Positions 20,976-30,908 of a DNA stretch of 64,000 nt are shown here, one piece after another. Origin of the DNA: an uncultured Gammaproteobacteria bacterium. GTDB taxonomy: Bacteria > Patescibacteriota > Patescibacteriia > UBA9570. Each line of letters begins with the position of its first letter. Position 1 is the stretch's first letter. The stretch is taken from NCBI GenBank assembly GCA_964385285.1, contig CAYLOJ010000002.1, forward strand, positions 67,246-131,245, written 5' to 3'. The notes below the pieces were generated by a model. The model ran no database searches. It was not told where the DNA came from and saw nothing but the letters and a program-made list of their open reading frames with translations. The position numbers and the translations under genes are program-made.

Positions 20976-22229
20976 ATGAGTAAAGGCGATATTATTACTG
21001 GATTAGACATTGGCTCCACCACCATCCGTGTTGCGGTCGGTCAGATGAACCCACATGATAACGAGTTGCACATTATTGGTGCAGCTGAACATCCGGCTGA
21101 GGGAATTAACAAAGGGGTAGTGACGAGCATTGAAGATGCAGTGGCAAGTATTTCCGGTGCTTTAGACAAAGCTGAGCGGATGACTGGTATTCCGATCGAG
21201 CGCGCTTATGTCAGTGTAAATGGAAGTCATATCATCTGTCAGGATAGCCATGGAGTGGTAGCTGTTTCTAAAGCTGATGGAGAGATTCGTGAAGAGGATG
21301 TACAACGTGCCATTGAAGCTGCACAGACAGTGGCTACTCCACCAAATTACGAAATTCTACATGTCATCCCACGACAGTTTCAAGTAGATAATCAAGCCGG
21401 CGTCAAAGATCCAGTCGGAATGACTGGGATTAAACTAGAAGTGGATGCGCAAATTATTCTTGGTTTAACATCACAGGTCAAAAACCTAACGAAGTGTGTG
21501 TATCGTACCGGTACAGATATCCAAGATCTCGTCTTAGGTGTATTAGGGGTCAGTGAGGCTGTCTTAACTAAACGCCAAAAAGAGCTGGGTGTTGCTTTGG
21601 TGAATCTTGGAGGATTAACCACTAGTGTAATGGTGTTTGAAGAGGGCGACATGATTCATACGAAGATCTTGCCGATTGGTTCTGGACATATCACCAATGA
21701 TATTGCGATTGGACTACGTACCTCCGTTGATATTGCTGAGGTGATCAAGGCAAAATATGGTACAGCTGTCCCAGAAGATGTAGCCAAACATGAAGAGATT
21801 GATTTGCGTGAAATTGATCCGAACGAAAATAGTCGAGTATCGCGCAAAGAGGTTGCTGAAATTATCGAAGCCCGTTTAGAAGAGATGTTTACTTTGGTCA
21901 ATAAAGAGCTGAAAGCGATTAATCGTCATGGGATGTTACCAGCCGGTATTGTCTTAACTGGTGGTGGTGCAAAATTAACCGGTATTATTGAAGTGGCCAA
22001 AAAACAATTCTCACTACCGGCAGCTGTGGGCACGGCTCGAAAATTTAAAACTGCGATTGATAAGATTGAAGACCCTGTATTCGCTACAGCTCTGGGCTTA
22101 GTAGTATGGGGTGAAAATTTGGGTGGGGATACTCGCAATTCTGGCGGTCTGGCATCCTTAGCACGATTTTCAGCGGTAGGCGATGCGACCAATAAAATGA
22201 AGAAGTGGTTCAAGAGTTTGCTGCCTTAG
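20976..22229 (+). CDS. ftsA: Cell division protein FtsA
   Basis: GLDIGST, ITNDIAIGL, IIEARLEE, GIVLTGGG. Confidence 0.97.
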   Translation: MSKGDIITGLDIGSTTIRVAVGQMNPHDNELHIIGAAEHPAEGINKGVVTSIEDAVASISGALDKAERMTGIPIERAYVSVNGSHIICQDSHGVVAVSKADGEIREEDVQRAIEAAQTVATPPNYEILHVIPRQFQVDNQAGVKDPVGMTGIKLEVDAQIILGLTSQVKNLTKCVYRTGTDIQDLVLGVLGVSEAVLTKRQKELGVALVNLGGLTTSVMVFEEGDMIHTKILPIGSGHITNDIAIGLRTSVDIAEVIKAKYGTAVPEDVAKHEEIDLREIDPNENSRVSRKEVAEIIEARLEEMFTLVNKELKAINRHGMLPAGIVLTGGGAKLTGIIEVAKKQFSLPAAVGTARKFKTAIDKIEDPVFATALGLVVWGENLGGDTRNSGGLASLARFSAVGDATNKMKKWFKSLLP

Positions 22230-22233
22230 TAAT

Positions 22234-22361
22234 AGACCTCCTCTGTCTTCGTTCCTCAGACATCTCCTCCTCTTTTAGGAGGAGATTTAAATTAGAATGA
22301 TCTCAATTACAACCCCTCTCCAAAAAGAGGGGAGGGGTGGCCGAGAGGCTGGGAGCGGTCT
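22234..22361. repeat. Intergenic multi-hairpin REP-like element
   Basis: ATCTCCTCCT-cttt-TAGGAGGAGAT and CCCCTCT-ccaaaa-AGAGGGG hairpins, bracketed by AGACC...GGTCT. Confidence 0.5.
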
Positions 22362-22508
22362 GTTAGAGTAAGTAGTGAGATAGGGTTATTTTTTTATGAG
22401 TACAAATTGTATTCAATGTGTTGACTTAAATGCAATAACCCAGTAGTATTCTTATTTGTATAGTTTAGCATTGAACAAAAATAGTGTTATATGCCTAATG
22501 GTAAATAT

Positions 22509-23642
22509 ATGGAAGTAAAACCTGATGTAGAAACCTTTGCCAAAATCTTGGTCGTTGGTGTTGGTGGGTCCGGTGGATCTGCTGTACAACGCATGATTGA
22601 TAGTGGATTAAAAGGGGTGGAATTTGTCGCTGTGAATACGGATGCTCAAGCCCTACACCATAATCCAGCCAAACATAAAATCCATATTGGTAAAAGCACT
22701 ACCCGTGGATTAGGCGCTGGAATGGATCCTTCGGTGGGAGCTAAGGCTGCTGAAGAAACCAATGAAGAGTTAAGCACAATGCTGAAAGGTGCCGATATGG
22801 TTTTTGTGACTTGTGGTTTAGGTGGTGGTACGGGTTCTGGAGCGGGTCCAATTATTGCTCGTATGGCTCGCGATGCTGGCGCCTTAACAGTTGCAGTTGT
22901 CACCAAGCCGTTTGCATTTGAAGGTGCTCAACGCGGTCAGATCGCAGACGGTGCGTATAATGAAATGGCCGATGCAGTGGATACCATCATTACTATCCCT
23001 AATGATCGTTTACTCCAGATCATTGATAAGAAGACTTCATTATTGGAAGCATTCAAAACTGTCGATAATGTGTTATTCCAAGGCGTGCAAGGAATCTCTG
23101 ATTTAATTACTGTTCCTGGCTTAATTAACGTTGACTTTGCGGACGTAAAATCAGTGATGGCTAATGCTGGGTCTGCCTTAATGGGTATTGGTCGTGCAAC
23201 AGGTGAAAATCGTGCTGTGGATGCAGCGAAGGCAGCGGTAGACAGTCCTTTACTAGAATTGAGCATTGACGGCGCTAAAGGCATTCTATTCACCATTACT
23301 GGTGGTCCTAACTTAGGGATGTATGAAGTCAACGAAGCTGCTCGTGTAATTACTGAATCGGCGGATCCATCGGCTAAGATTATTTTCGGCGCCAACGTTG
23401 ATGAAGCCATGGGAGACGAAATTAAAATTACGGTGGTTGCTACCGGCTTCGGTCAGCCAGCGAAAGCGGCTAAAAAAATTCAGGCCGTTCGTCCCAGCCC
23501 ATTTAGTAAGCGAGATGAAGTCGAATCTCCAGTGGCTAGCCAAACTTTCCGCAACAAAAATATTATGGATGAGGCGCCGGTTGATAATTCAGCCGATGAG
23601 GATCTAGAAGTTCCTGCCTTCATTCGGAAGAAGATGATGTAA
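22509..23642 (+). CDS. ftsZ: Cell division protein FtsZ
   Basis: VNTDAQAL, GLGGGTGSG, INVDFADV, C-terminal EVPAFIR; upstream TTGACT-17-TAGTAT. Confidence 0.98.
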   Translation: MEVKPDVETFAKILVVGVGGSGGSAVQRMIDSGLKGVEFVAVNTDAQALHHNPAKHKIHIGKSTTRGLGAGMDPSVGAKAAEETNEELSTMLKGADMVFVTCGLGGGTGSGAGPIIARMARDAGALTVAVVTKPFAFEGAQRGQIADGAYNEMADAVDTIITIPNDRLLQIIDKKTSLLEAFKTVDNVLFQGVQGISDLITVPGLINVDFADVKSVMANAGSALMGIGRATGENRAVDAAKAAVDSPLLELSIDGAKGILFTITGGPNLGMYEVNEAARVITESADPSAKIIFGANVDEAMGDEIKITVVATGFGQPAKAAKKIQAVRPSPFSKRDEVESPVASQTFRNKNIMDEAPVDNSADEDLEVPAFIRKKMM

Positions 23643-23653
23643 ACTCCAAACTA

Positions 23654-23687
23654 AACTATCCTCGCTAACAAGCGGGGATAGTTTTTT
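23654..23687 (+). terminator. Intrinsic terminator after ftsZ
   Basis: AACTATCCTCGCT-aaca-AGCGGGGATAGTT plus T-run. Confidence 0.8.
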
Positions 23688-23784
23688 GATTGGCCCGATG
23701 CAGGATAATGAGAGTGGTCGCCCAGACTATTTTGGTTTATACTTAAGCTGTTAGCTATTATCTATTTGATTAGCATATATCTAT

Positions 23785-26445
23785 ATGAGGAGGATCCATC
23801 CCGTAGCCAGTTTATTAGTCAGTCTAGGCATGTGTTTGGCTGCCGCTCCGGCCTTTGCGGGGGACACCTTTTTTGTAAACAGTGTCGATGGCAACGATGG
23901 CAATAACTGTCGTTCGGCTAATGCCGCTTGTTTAACTATTGCCCATGCGACTGATTTGTTAACGGCACAATCCAAACCGCAAAATAGTGTTTTGAAATTA
24001 TCCGGCACGTTCGCTGAAACGATTTCACTTTCATCAAGTTCTGTAGACACTGATCAACTCCTAGACGGATTGCGCATTACGGCTACGGATACTGATCAAA
24101 AGCCAACCATTGACGGCACTGGTCAGGATTATGCAGTTTCATTGGTTGATATTCATAACGCGACTGTGGATCATTTAATCGTTACTGGTGCGGCCCATGG
24201 TATCAATGTTAGTGGGTCAGGCTCTAACTATATTTCAGATGCTTCGATTCATCATAATACTGTGACTGGGTTAGTGGGCAATCCATCGTTTACCGCTATT
24301 ACATTATCTAATGCTAAGCAGTCATCGGTAGCGCATAATCAGATTGAGAATCAAGCTCAGGTGACAACAGATGAAACGGATTATGTCCTTAGTCGCAGTA
24401 TTTATCTGTATCGCGTGCGTAATTCAGTCGTAAAATCTAATCGTATCGTTGATGTAGGCATTACCAACACGTTGACTGCGGCAGCTTCTCATTCAACCTA
24501 TCTTTACGGTATCTACGTATCGCAGTCCGTGGATATGATCGTTAAGTCCAATGTTGTGCGGCGCTTAACTAATCTAGAAACCAGTACCGTAGCTGGCACA
24601 AGTCAGTATTTGTATACCTACGGAATTTGGACAGGTAGCTCCGCGGATGTCATTGCCAATCACAATACCGTGGATACAGTGACGTCTACAGTTATTGGTG
24701 ATCTCGCAGGAACCAGTGCGTATAGTTATGCTTACGGAATGACACTGACTGATCTTCATGCTGGCGAAGGCACCAACTTGCTTAATCACAATACTATTAC
24801 AGATGTAACGGCATCGGCAAACACGGCAAGTACATATAGCTATGGCACAGGTATTTCCGTCGATTATACACGCACCTTGTCGATGTTACATAATGTCATC
24901 AAACGTGTGGCCGCTACTGCGAGTGGCTCAATTGCGAATGGTACCTATGATGCAATCAGTTACGGTATTAATGGGCCAAATTACAGTAGCGATATCATTA
25001 TTGATGATACGACTATTCGTAATTTAGATGCGAATGTGGACTACTCTGGAAACGACACTAGCGGCTATGCAGTTGTGAAGGGGATTGTGTCAGCCTATTC
25101 TACTGTGCAGGTTGCTAATAATAGTGTGCGTGATCTGGCTTGGTCAATTAATAACCATGCTGCTGCTAACGCAAATGAATATGCTTATCTCTATGGTATT
25201 GATGTTGGCAATGGTGTGCAGGTGGAGATTCTCAATAACACAGTTCGTGACTTAACTGCGAGCTATACTACAACATCGGCCGGTGGCTATTTTGTACCCT
25301 ATACATTTGGAATTAATTCACAGAATGTAGATACAGCTCTGGTGCAGGGGAATACAGTGCGTGATACTGCAATCAGCGTTACCAACAGTGATCCTACGGA
25401 TGCCAGTGTTATCTACAGCTATCTCTATCTGATCAATCTTGGTAGTATTTCAAATTTAACTGCAGCAAATAACGTTCTGCAGGATAATACCATGACTATC
25501 AATGGTGGAAATGCCAATCCGGTCTACAACTACGTCTACGGAATCAATTTAAGCAATTCAGAAGGAACAATTAATAATAATCGTGTATCAGGATTAACCG
25601 CTTCGGCCAGTAGCGTCAATGGGACGGCTACACAATATATCTATAGTTTGAACGCGAGTAGCTTAGGCCAGTTGGTGATGAATAATAACGTAATCAAGAA
25701 GCTGACCGCAACGGTGGATGCCAACAATCCAAGCCAGTATGTATACGGGATTTATATCACGAATGCCAAACCGGTATATGTGAATGCTAATGAATTCAGA
25801 AACATTCAAGCTACCGCTCCATCTAACCAAAGTGTGATCGGTATGTACCTCAATACGGATGTGAGTAACGGTCGTATTTTGAATAACCTTATGTTGGGCA
25901 AGAGCGATTATAGTGGTAGTGGTGATTACATTGGGCTTTATCTACCCAGTGATTCCAATACAGATCTAGATGTCATCAATAATACCTTTGCCAACTGGCG
26001 TTACCCCATCAAATTAGATGGCGGTAAGAGTGTCACATTGAAGAACAACATCTTTGCGGCTATCACAAACACCGGATATGCCATGGCTATTCGCTATGAC
26101 CATATCAATCAAGATCAATTTAGATCCGATTACAACCTATTCTATAATACACTTGGGAAAACTCGGGCGATCTATGACACGGATGCAGCTGCTGAGATAC
26201 ATTTCGGTGATTGGTCAAATGCCGGTGGTTCCTATGGTTACGATTTGCATTCGCTCTATAGCAAACCAAGACTAACTGCGAGTGGTCGTTTGAAGTCTAA
26301 TTCTAAGGCGCATGACCGCGGTACCGACAATTGGAATTATGCAACAGACAGTCTTGAGTATTCCTTGATCAGTACAGATCTGAATGGCACAGCACGTCCA
26401 GGTGGTGATGGCCAGGTTGATATTGGCGCTGACGAGCAGGAATAG
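23785..26445 (+). CDS. Secreted right-handed parallel beta-helix protein
   Basis: Signal peptide; GND.N.C.....C.TI..A start; repeated YGI / I..N.I..L units; C-terminal D..G..RP....DIGADE. Confidence 0.8.
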   Translation: MRRIHPVASLLVSLGMCLAAAPAFAGDTFFVNSVDGNDGNNCRSANAACLTIAHATDLLTAQSKPQNSVLKLSGTFAETISLSSSSVDTDQLLDGLRITATDTDQKPTIDGTGQDYAVSLVDIHNATVDHLIVTGAAHGINVSGSGSNYISDASIHHNTVTGLVGNPSFTAITLSNAKQSSVAHNQIENQAQVTTDETDYVLSRSIYLYRVRNSVVKSNRIVDVGITNTLTAAASHSTYLYGIYVSQSVDMIVKSNVVRRLTNLETSTVAGTSQYLYTYGIWTGSSADVIANHNTVDTVTSTVIGDLAGTSAYSYAYGMTLTDLHAGEGTNLLNHNTITDVTASANTASTYSYGTGISVDYTRTLSMLHNVIKRVAATASGSIANGTYDAISYGINGPNYSSDIIIDDTTIRNLDANVDYSGNDTSGYAVVKGIVSAYSTVQVANNSVRDLAWSINNHAAANANEYAYLYGIDVGNGVQVEILNNTVRDLTASYTTTSAGGYFVPYTFGINSQNVDTALVQGNTVRDTAISVTNSDPTDASVIYSYLYLINLGSISNLTAANNVLQDNTMTINGGNANPVYNYVYGINLSNSEGTINNNRVSGLTASASSVNGTATQYIYSLNASSLGQLVMNNNVIKKLTATVDANNPSQYVYGIYITNAKPVYVNANEFRNIQATAPSNQSVIGMYLNTDVSNGRILNNLMLGKSDYSGSGDYIGLYLPSDSNTDLDVINNTFANWRYPIKLDGGKSVTLKNNIFAAITNTGYAMAIRYDHINQDQFRSDYNLFYNTLGKTRAIYDTDAAAEIHFGDWSNAGGSYGYDLHSLYSKPRLTASGRLKSNSKAHDRGTDNWNYATDSLEYSLISTDLNGTARPGGDGQVDIGADEQE

Positions 26446-26459
26446 GGTATACTACCGTT

Positions 26460-26930
26460 ATGCGTTGCCCAGCTTGCTTACACGATGAAACTAAAGTGCT
26501 CGATTCTCGAGACATGGATGAGGGTATGGCTACACGGCGTCGTCGTGAATGTCCAAAATGCGATTTTCGGTTTTCCACTAAAGAGCAGGTTGAAATTTTG
26601 AATCTAAAAGTAAAAAAAACGGATGGTCGTTTGGAACCCTATTCAACCGATAAAATTACTCGGGGCTTACACATTGCCTTAGAAAAACGGTTGAAAGACG
26701 AGGAACGCTTTAAAAAACTCGTGGCAGGTATTGAACGTGATATTCAAATTGCTGCCAAAGCAGATGCTATTGAATCCAAGGCAATTGGTGATATTGTTAT
26801 GCGGCATCTGAAGAAAATTGATAAAATAGCTTATATCCGTTTTGCTTCGGTCTATCAAGACTTTGAAGACCTATTAGCATTCCAAGAAGAGGTGGAACGT
26901 TTAATGACCAAACGTAAGAAAAAAGCTTAA
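26460..26930 (+). CDS. nrdR: Transcriptional repressor NrdR
   Basis: MRCPAC...TKVLDSR, RRRRECPKC, ATP cone, AYIRFASVY. Confidence 0.97.
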   Translation: MRCPACLHDETKVLDSRDMDEGMATRRRRECPKCDFRFSTKEQVEILNLKVKKTDGRLEPYSTDKITRGLHIALEKRLKDEERFKKLVAGIERDIQIAAKADAIESKAIGDIVMRHLKKIDKIAYIRFASVYQDFEDLLAFQEEVERLMTKRKKKA

Positions 26931-26946
26931 GGCATCATTCACCACT

Positions 26947-27519
26947 ATGAAAATGCATAAAAAACCGTCCAAGCAACGCAATCCCAAGAAAAACTTAGGC
27001 TATTTGCATGTCTATACAGGTGAAGGTAAAGGCAAAACCTCAGCTGCTCTCGGTGTGTTATTGCGAGCCGCTGGTCAGGGGCATCGGGTATTAATGATTC
27101 AGTTTTTAAAGGGCCATAAAGATGCCGGTGAATTTCTTGCCTTTCAACAGTTAGGGGATAATGTGGAGATTGTGCAATTTGGCCGTACGGATCTTACTTC
27201 CTTAGAGGCTGCGCAAGCGGTTGATGCCTATTTTGCAGTGCAGGGTTTGAACTATGCGCGTGAAGCACTACGCGGTCGTCGGCGTCCTGACTTATTGATA
27301 CTGGATGAAGTCACCGCAGCTGTTCATCATGGCTTATTACCAATTGAAGCATTGGTAGATTTCCTTGAGAATCGCCACCGCAATACCGAGGTCATTTTGA
27401 CGGGTGTACAAGCCCATCCAGCCCTATTAAATATGGCTGATTTGGTTACGGTCATGTACCCTGCCAAGCACTATTTTGAGAATCAAAACTTCGAACCACG
27501 CATCGGCATCGAGCACTAG
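26947..27519 (+). CDS. cobO: Cob(I)alamin adenosyltransferase (CobO/BtuR)
   Basis: HVYTGEGKGKTSAALG, IQFLKG, LILDE, EVILTG, ADLVT.M, GIE. Confidence 0.93.
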   Translation: MKMHKKPSKQRNPKKNLGYLHVYTGEGKGKTSAALGVLLRAAGQGHRVLMIQFLKGHKDAGEFLAFQQLGDNVEIVQFGRTDLTSLEAAQAVDAYFAVQGLNYAREALRGRRRPDLLILDEVTAAVHHGLLPIEALVDFLENRHRNTEVILTGVQAHPALLNMADLVTVMYPAKHYFENQNFEPRIGIEH

Positions 27520-27522
27520 AGG

Positions 27523-27606
27523 TTATCCACAACTGACGCGTGCTGATTTGGCTATACACCACAACCTATTGTGGTATACTGAATTTCCTACCACAATATA
27601 TAGGGT
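27523..27606 (+). promoter_or_regulatory. nrdJ promoter: DnaA box, tandem NrdR boxes, extended -10
   Basis: TTATCCACA 27523-27531; CCACAACCTATTGTGG 27559-27574 and CCACAATATATAGGGT 27591-27606 (32 bp apart); TGgTATACT 27572-27580. Confidence 0.85.
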
Positions 27607-27676
27607 TAGCTCAGTTCTGCGGAACGGCTAACAGCAGTAGTAATATAGCCATTATCAATCATTTATTAACGCCAGT

Positions 27677-29987
27677 ATGTACAAATTAGAGGGTCTTGCT
27701 AAAGACGTTTTCTTCGATCGCTACGCTTTAAAGAACGACAAGGGTCAGCGTATGGAAGATACACCAGAAGAAATGTGGCACCGGGTCGCTAAAGCGATTG
27801 CCGAGGTTGAAAAAACGGATGCCAAAAAGCAAGAATGGGAAGAGAAATTTTATAGCATTTTGAATGGGTTTGATTTCATCCCAGGCGGCCGTATCTTGAC
27901 TGGTGCAGGCTCCGGAGTCCCATTGACCCTCTATAACTGTTTTGTAATCCCATCACCGGAAGATAACCGTGGTGGTATTTTGGATAGTGTGAAGTTAATG
28001 GTAGAAATCATGAGTCGTGGCGGTGGCGTGGGTGTAAACTTGTCATCCATTCGTCCACGTGGGGCTTATGTAAAAGGGGTGAACGGCACTGCTTCTGGTG
28101 CAGTTTCCTTTGGCGCTCTCTATTCCTTTGCTACTGGTCTGATTATTCAAGGCGGTTCTCGTCGTGGTGCTTTGATGTTGATGTTGGACTGTGATCATCC
28201 TGATGTGATGGAGTTCATCACTGTCAAACGTACAATGGGTCAAATTACGAACGCCAATTTATCGGTCTGTATCTCTGATGCTTTCATGGAAGCAGTCAAA
28301 GCGGATGCGGATTGGGATTTACAATGGAAAGGCAAAGTCTTTAAAACGATCAAAGCACGTGAATTATGGAATTTGGTCTGTGAATCAGCTTGGGCATCTG
28401 GTGAGCCAGGTTTGATGTTTAAAGAACGTTACAATAAAGAATCCAACTCTTGGTATTTTGAAGATATTATTGCAACCAATCCCTGTGGTGAACAAGGTTT
28501 ACCAGCTTGGGGCGTGTGCAACCTAGGAGCTATCAATGTCGCGAATTTTGTTAAAGAAGATGGTACGCTTAGGTAAAGTGGTTCGTATCACCATGCGCTT
28601 CTTAGATAACGTAGTGGATACCACAGACTACTTCTTCCCGGAAAATGAGGCTGCACAGCGTCGCATTCGTCGCACTGGTTTAGGCACAATGGGATTGGCC
28701 GATGCCTTGATCAAAATGAAAGTGCGATATGGTACTCCAGAATCATTGGAGATCGTTGAAAAAATGCACCAAGTGATTCGCGATGAAGCCTATATTGCGA
28801 GTTCTGAAATTGCTGCTGAAAAAGGTGCTTTCCCAGCCTTTGAGAAAGATAAATATCTACAAGGCCATTTCATTCAACGTTTACCTAAGGCTATTCAGGA
28901 TCTGATTGCTCGTAACGGTATTCGTAACGGTGTGTTATTAACACAAGCTCCAACCGGTACAACTAGTATCTTGGCTGGTGTCAGCTCTGGTATTGAGCCC
29001 GTTTATGATTTTGCGTTCCAACGCAAAGATCGTTTAGGCGTACACACTGTCTATCATCCTTTATTCAAAGCTTGGAAAGATGCTCATCCAGATGAGGAAG
29101 AAGCCCCAGATTATTTTGTGAACGCTAAGCTGTTGAGCCCAGAAGAGCATGTGCGCATGCAAGCTTCTATTCAACGCTATGTAGATTCCAGTATCAGTAA
29201 AACCGTGAACGCTCCTAATAATCATACTCAAGAGCAGGTTCAAGAGTTGTACATGAAAGCGTATGATCTAGGCTGCAAAGGTGTAACCTATTTCCGCGAC
29301 GGTTCTCGTAGTGAAGCTGTATTGACCAGTCTGGACGATGTGAAGAAAGAAGAGGCCAAGAAAGCTAAAGTCGATAATAAAGAGGCGATTATCTCTCCGC
29401 GCTTACGTCCAGAAAAAGTTGCTGGAATCACATACAAAATCAAGACTGGTTACGGCACCATGTTTGTCACTGTGAATCATGATGAAGAAGGTAAGCCATT
29501 TGAAGTGTTTGCCACAATTGGAAAAGCGGGTGGTGTCTTCGCTGAAGAATCTGAAGCTATCTGCCGTTTAGTCTCCTTGGCTCTGCGTGCTCGTATCCCA
29601 CTGCCTACTGTGATTGAACAGATTAAGGGCATCCGTGGACCTATGCCGATCTTTGGTAAGGGTGGCATGATTCTCTCGATTCCAGACGCGATTGGTCAGG
29701 TGTTAAGTCAGCATATCCTCGATTTAGAAGCTAAGCAGACTCCTGCTCAGCAAGCAGAAGAGGCTGAAAAAGAGGTAGTCCGTATGCAAGCGCAAACTGA
29801 AGCTTTGGTAGAAGATGCTGCCGCTGCTACGGTCAAAAAAGCAGAAGGTAAATACAAATTGATCTCGGCTGGTTCATCCGTGGCTAATACAGGTTTCTCT
29901 CCAGAATGTCCAGAATGTAGTAGTATCATGGCGATGGCGGAAGGCTGCCTCACCTGCTTCAACTGCGGTTATTCCAAGTGCTCCTAA
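27677..29987 (+). CDS. nrdJ: Adenosylcobalamin-dependent (class II) ribonucleotide reductase, split by a +1 frameshift at ~28570
   Basis: ORF 27677..28576 has NCF, GGGVG, ATNPCGEQ; ORF 28536..29987 has RRTGLG, APTGT, SISKTVN, KGVTYFRDG and a C-terminal CPEC/C..CGYSKC. Confidence 0.92.
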
Positions 29988-30040
29988 ACTAGTCTGACAC
30001 CCCCTTCCTAACTTAGGGAGGGGGTGATATGATCCGTCCT

Positions 30041-30622
30041 ATGAATACATTTAATCGCAAAAATATCTTACTAGCGCTTGGATTAGTGCTATTGGGCGCA
30101 GCTGGCCGCATGCTATTGCTGGCATATCCAAACGTAGAAACCTTAACAGCTGTATCCATTTTGGCCGGGGCATTATTGGGTCCATATCTGGGTTTGGCAG
30201 TTAGTCTATTCAGCGTTGTCGGTTCCGATATGATGATCGGTAATACGAATATCTTGCTCTACACTTGGAGTGCTTGGGCAGTGATCGGTATCACCAGTGC
30301 GGCGTTAAAACGTCATCAACGTGGAAATGTTCAAGTGTGGATGGATAGTTTGAAATTTACCGGCTTTAGTATCGTCAGTACAGTATTCTTTTATGCTTGG
30401 ACAAATTTTGGTGTCTGGCACCTCTCTGGTTTGTACCCACATACCTTAGCTGGCCTGGAGTTGTCGTACATCAATGCCTTGCCATTTCTGCGTAATCAGT
30501 TGTTAGGTAACTTACTGATTGTTCCGGTTGTATCCACGCTCGTGTTATCTGTAATCAAATATCTGCCAGTAGTCTTATCGCAACCCAGCCTATTATGGCG
30601 CCAGTCACGAAAGACTCTCTAA
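30041..30622 (+). CDS. Putative S-component-like membrane transporter (DUF6580/BtuM-like), candidate cobalamin uptake
   Basis: Multiple TMs; R....PN....A, FFY..TNFGVW...Y, G....Y..ALPF..N; directly follows nrdJ. Confidence 0.65.
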   Translation: MNTFNRKNILLALGLVLLGAAGRMLLLAYPNVETLTAVSILAGALLGPYLGLAVSLFSVVGSDMMIGNTNILLYTWSAWAVIGITSAALKRHQRGNVQVWMDSLKFTGFSIVSTVFFYAWTNFGVWHLSGLYPHTLAGLELSYINALPFLRNQLLGNLLIVPVVSTLVLSVIKYLPVVLSQPSLLWRQSRKTL

Positions 30623-30831
30623 TCGGAGATGTCCTGTTAGAGCTGCCAGAAGCCCAGGAGATTATGATTAAGTATTTTGGTGAGCAGGTGGCTTGCACGT
30701 TTTGTCCTGGTCAAGCGTTTGATACCTTTGCCATGATTGCGGAACTACATGGGGTGGAAGAAGATGCCGTCGATGCGATGATCGCGGAAATGAATCAGGT
30801 GATTCAGTCGGTTGAGACTGTTGTGGATTAG
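30595..30831 (+). CDS. DUF1858-like small CxxC protein
   Basis: VTKDSLIGDVL..PEA; CTFCP; T...IAELHGV. Confidence 0.75.
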   Translation: MAPVTKDSLIGDVLLELPEAQEIMIKYFGEQVACTFCPGQAFDTFAMIAELHGVEEDAVDAMIAEMNQVIQSVETVVD

Positions 30832-30855
30832 TCCAACCGCTTTGTTCAGTCAATT

Positions 30856-30889
30856 AAAATAGCCACGTACGAAGGTGCGTGGCTATTTT
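30856..30889. terminator. Bidirectional intrinsic terminator
   Basis: AAAATAGCCACG...CGTGGCTATTTT between convergent genes. Confidence 0.8.
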
Positions 30890-30908
30890 GTTTAGGAGTA
30901 ACTAGATA

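Noticed and set aside
27523-27531. DnaA box as evidence for oriC
   Set aside because: Single box in the nrdJ promoter; no box cluster or dnaA nearby, so it is better read as regulatory.
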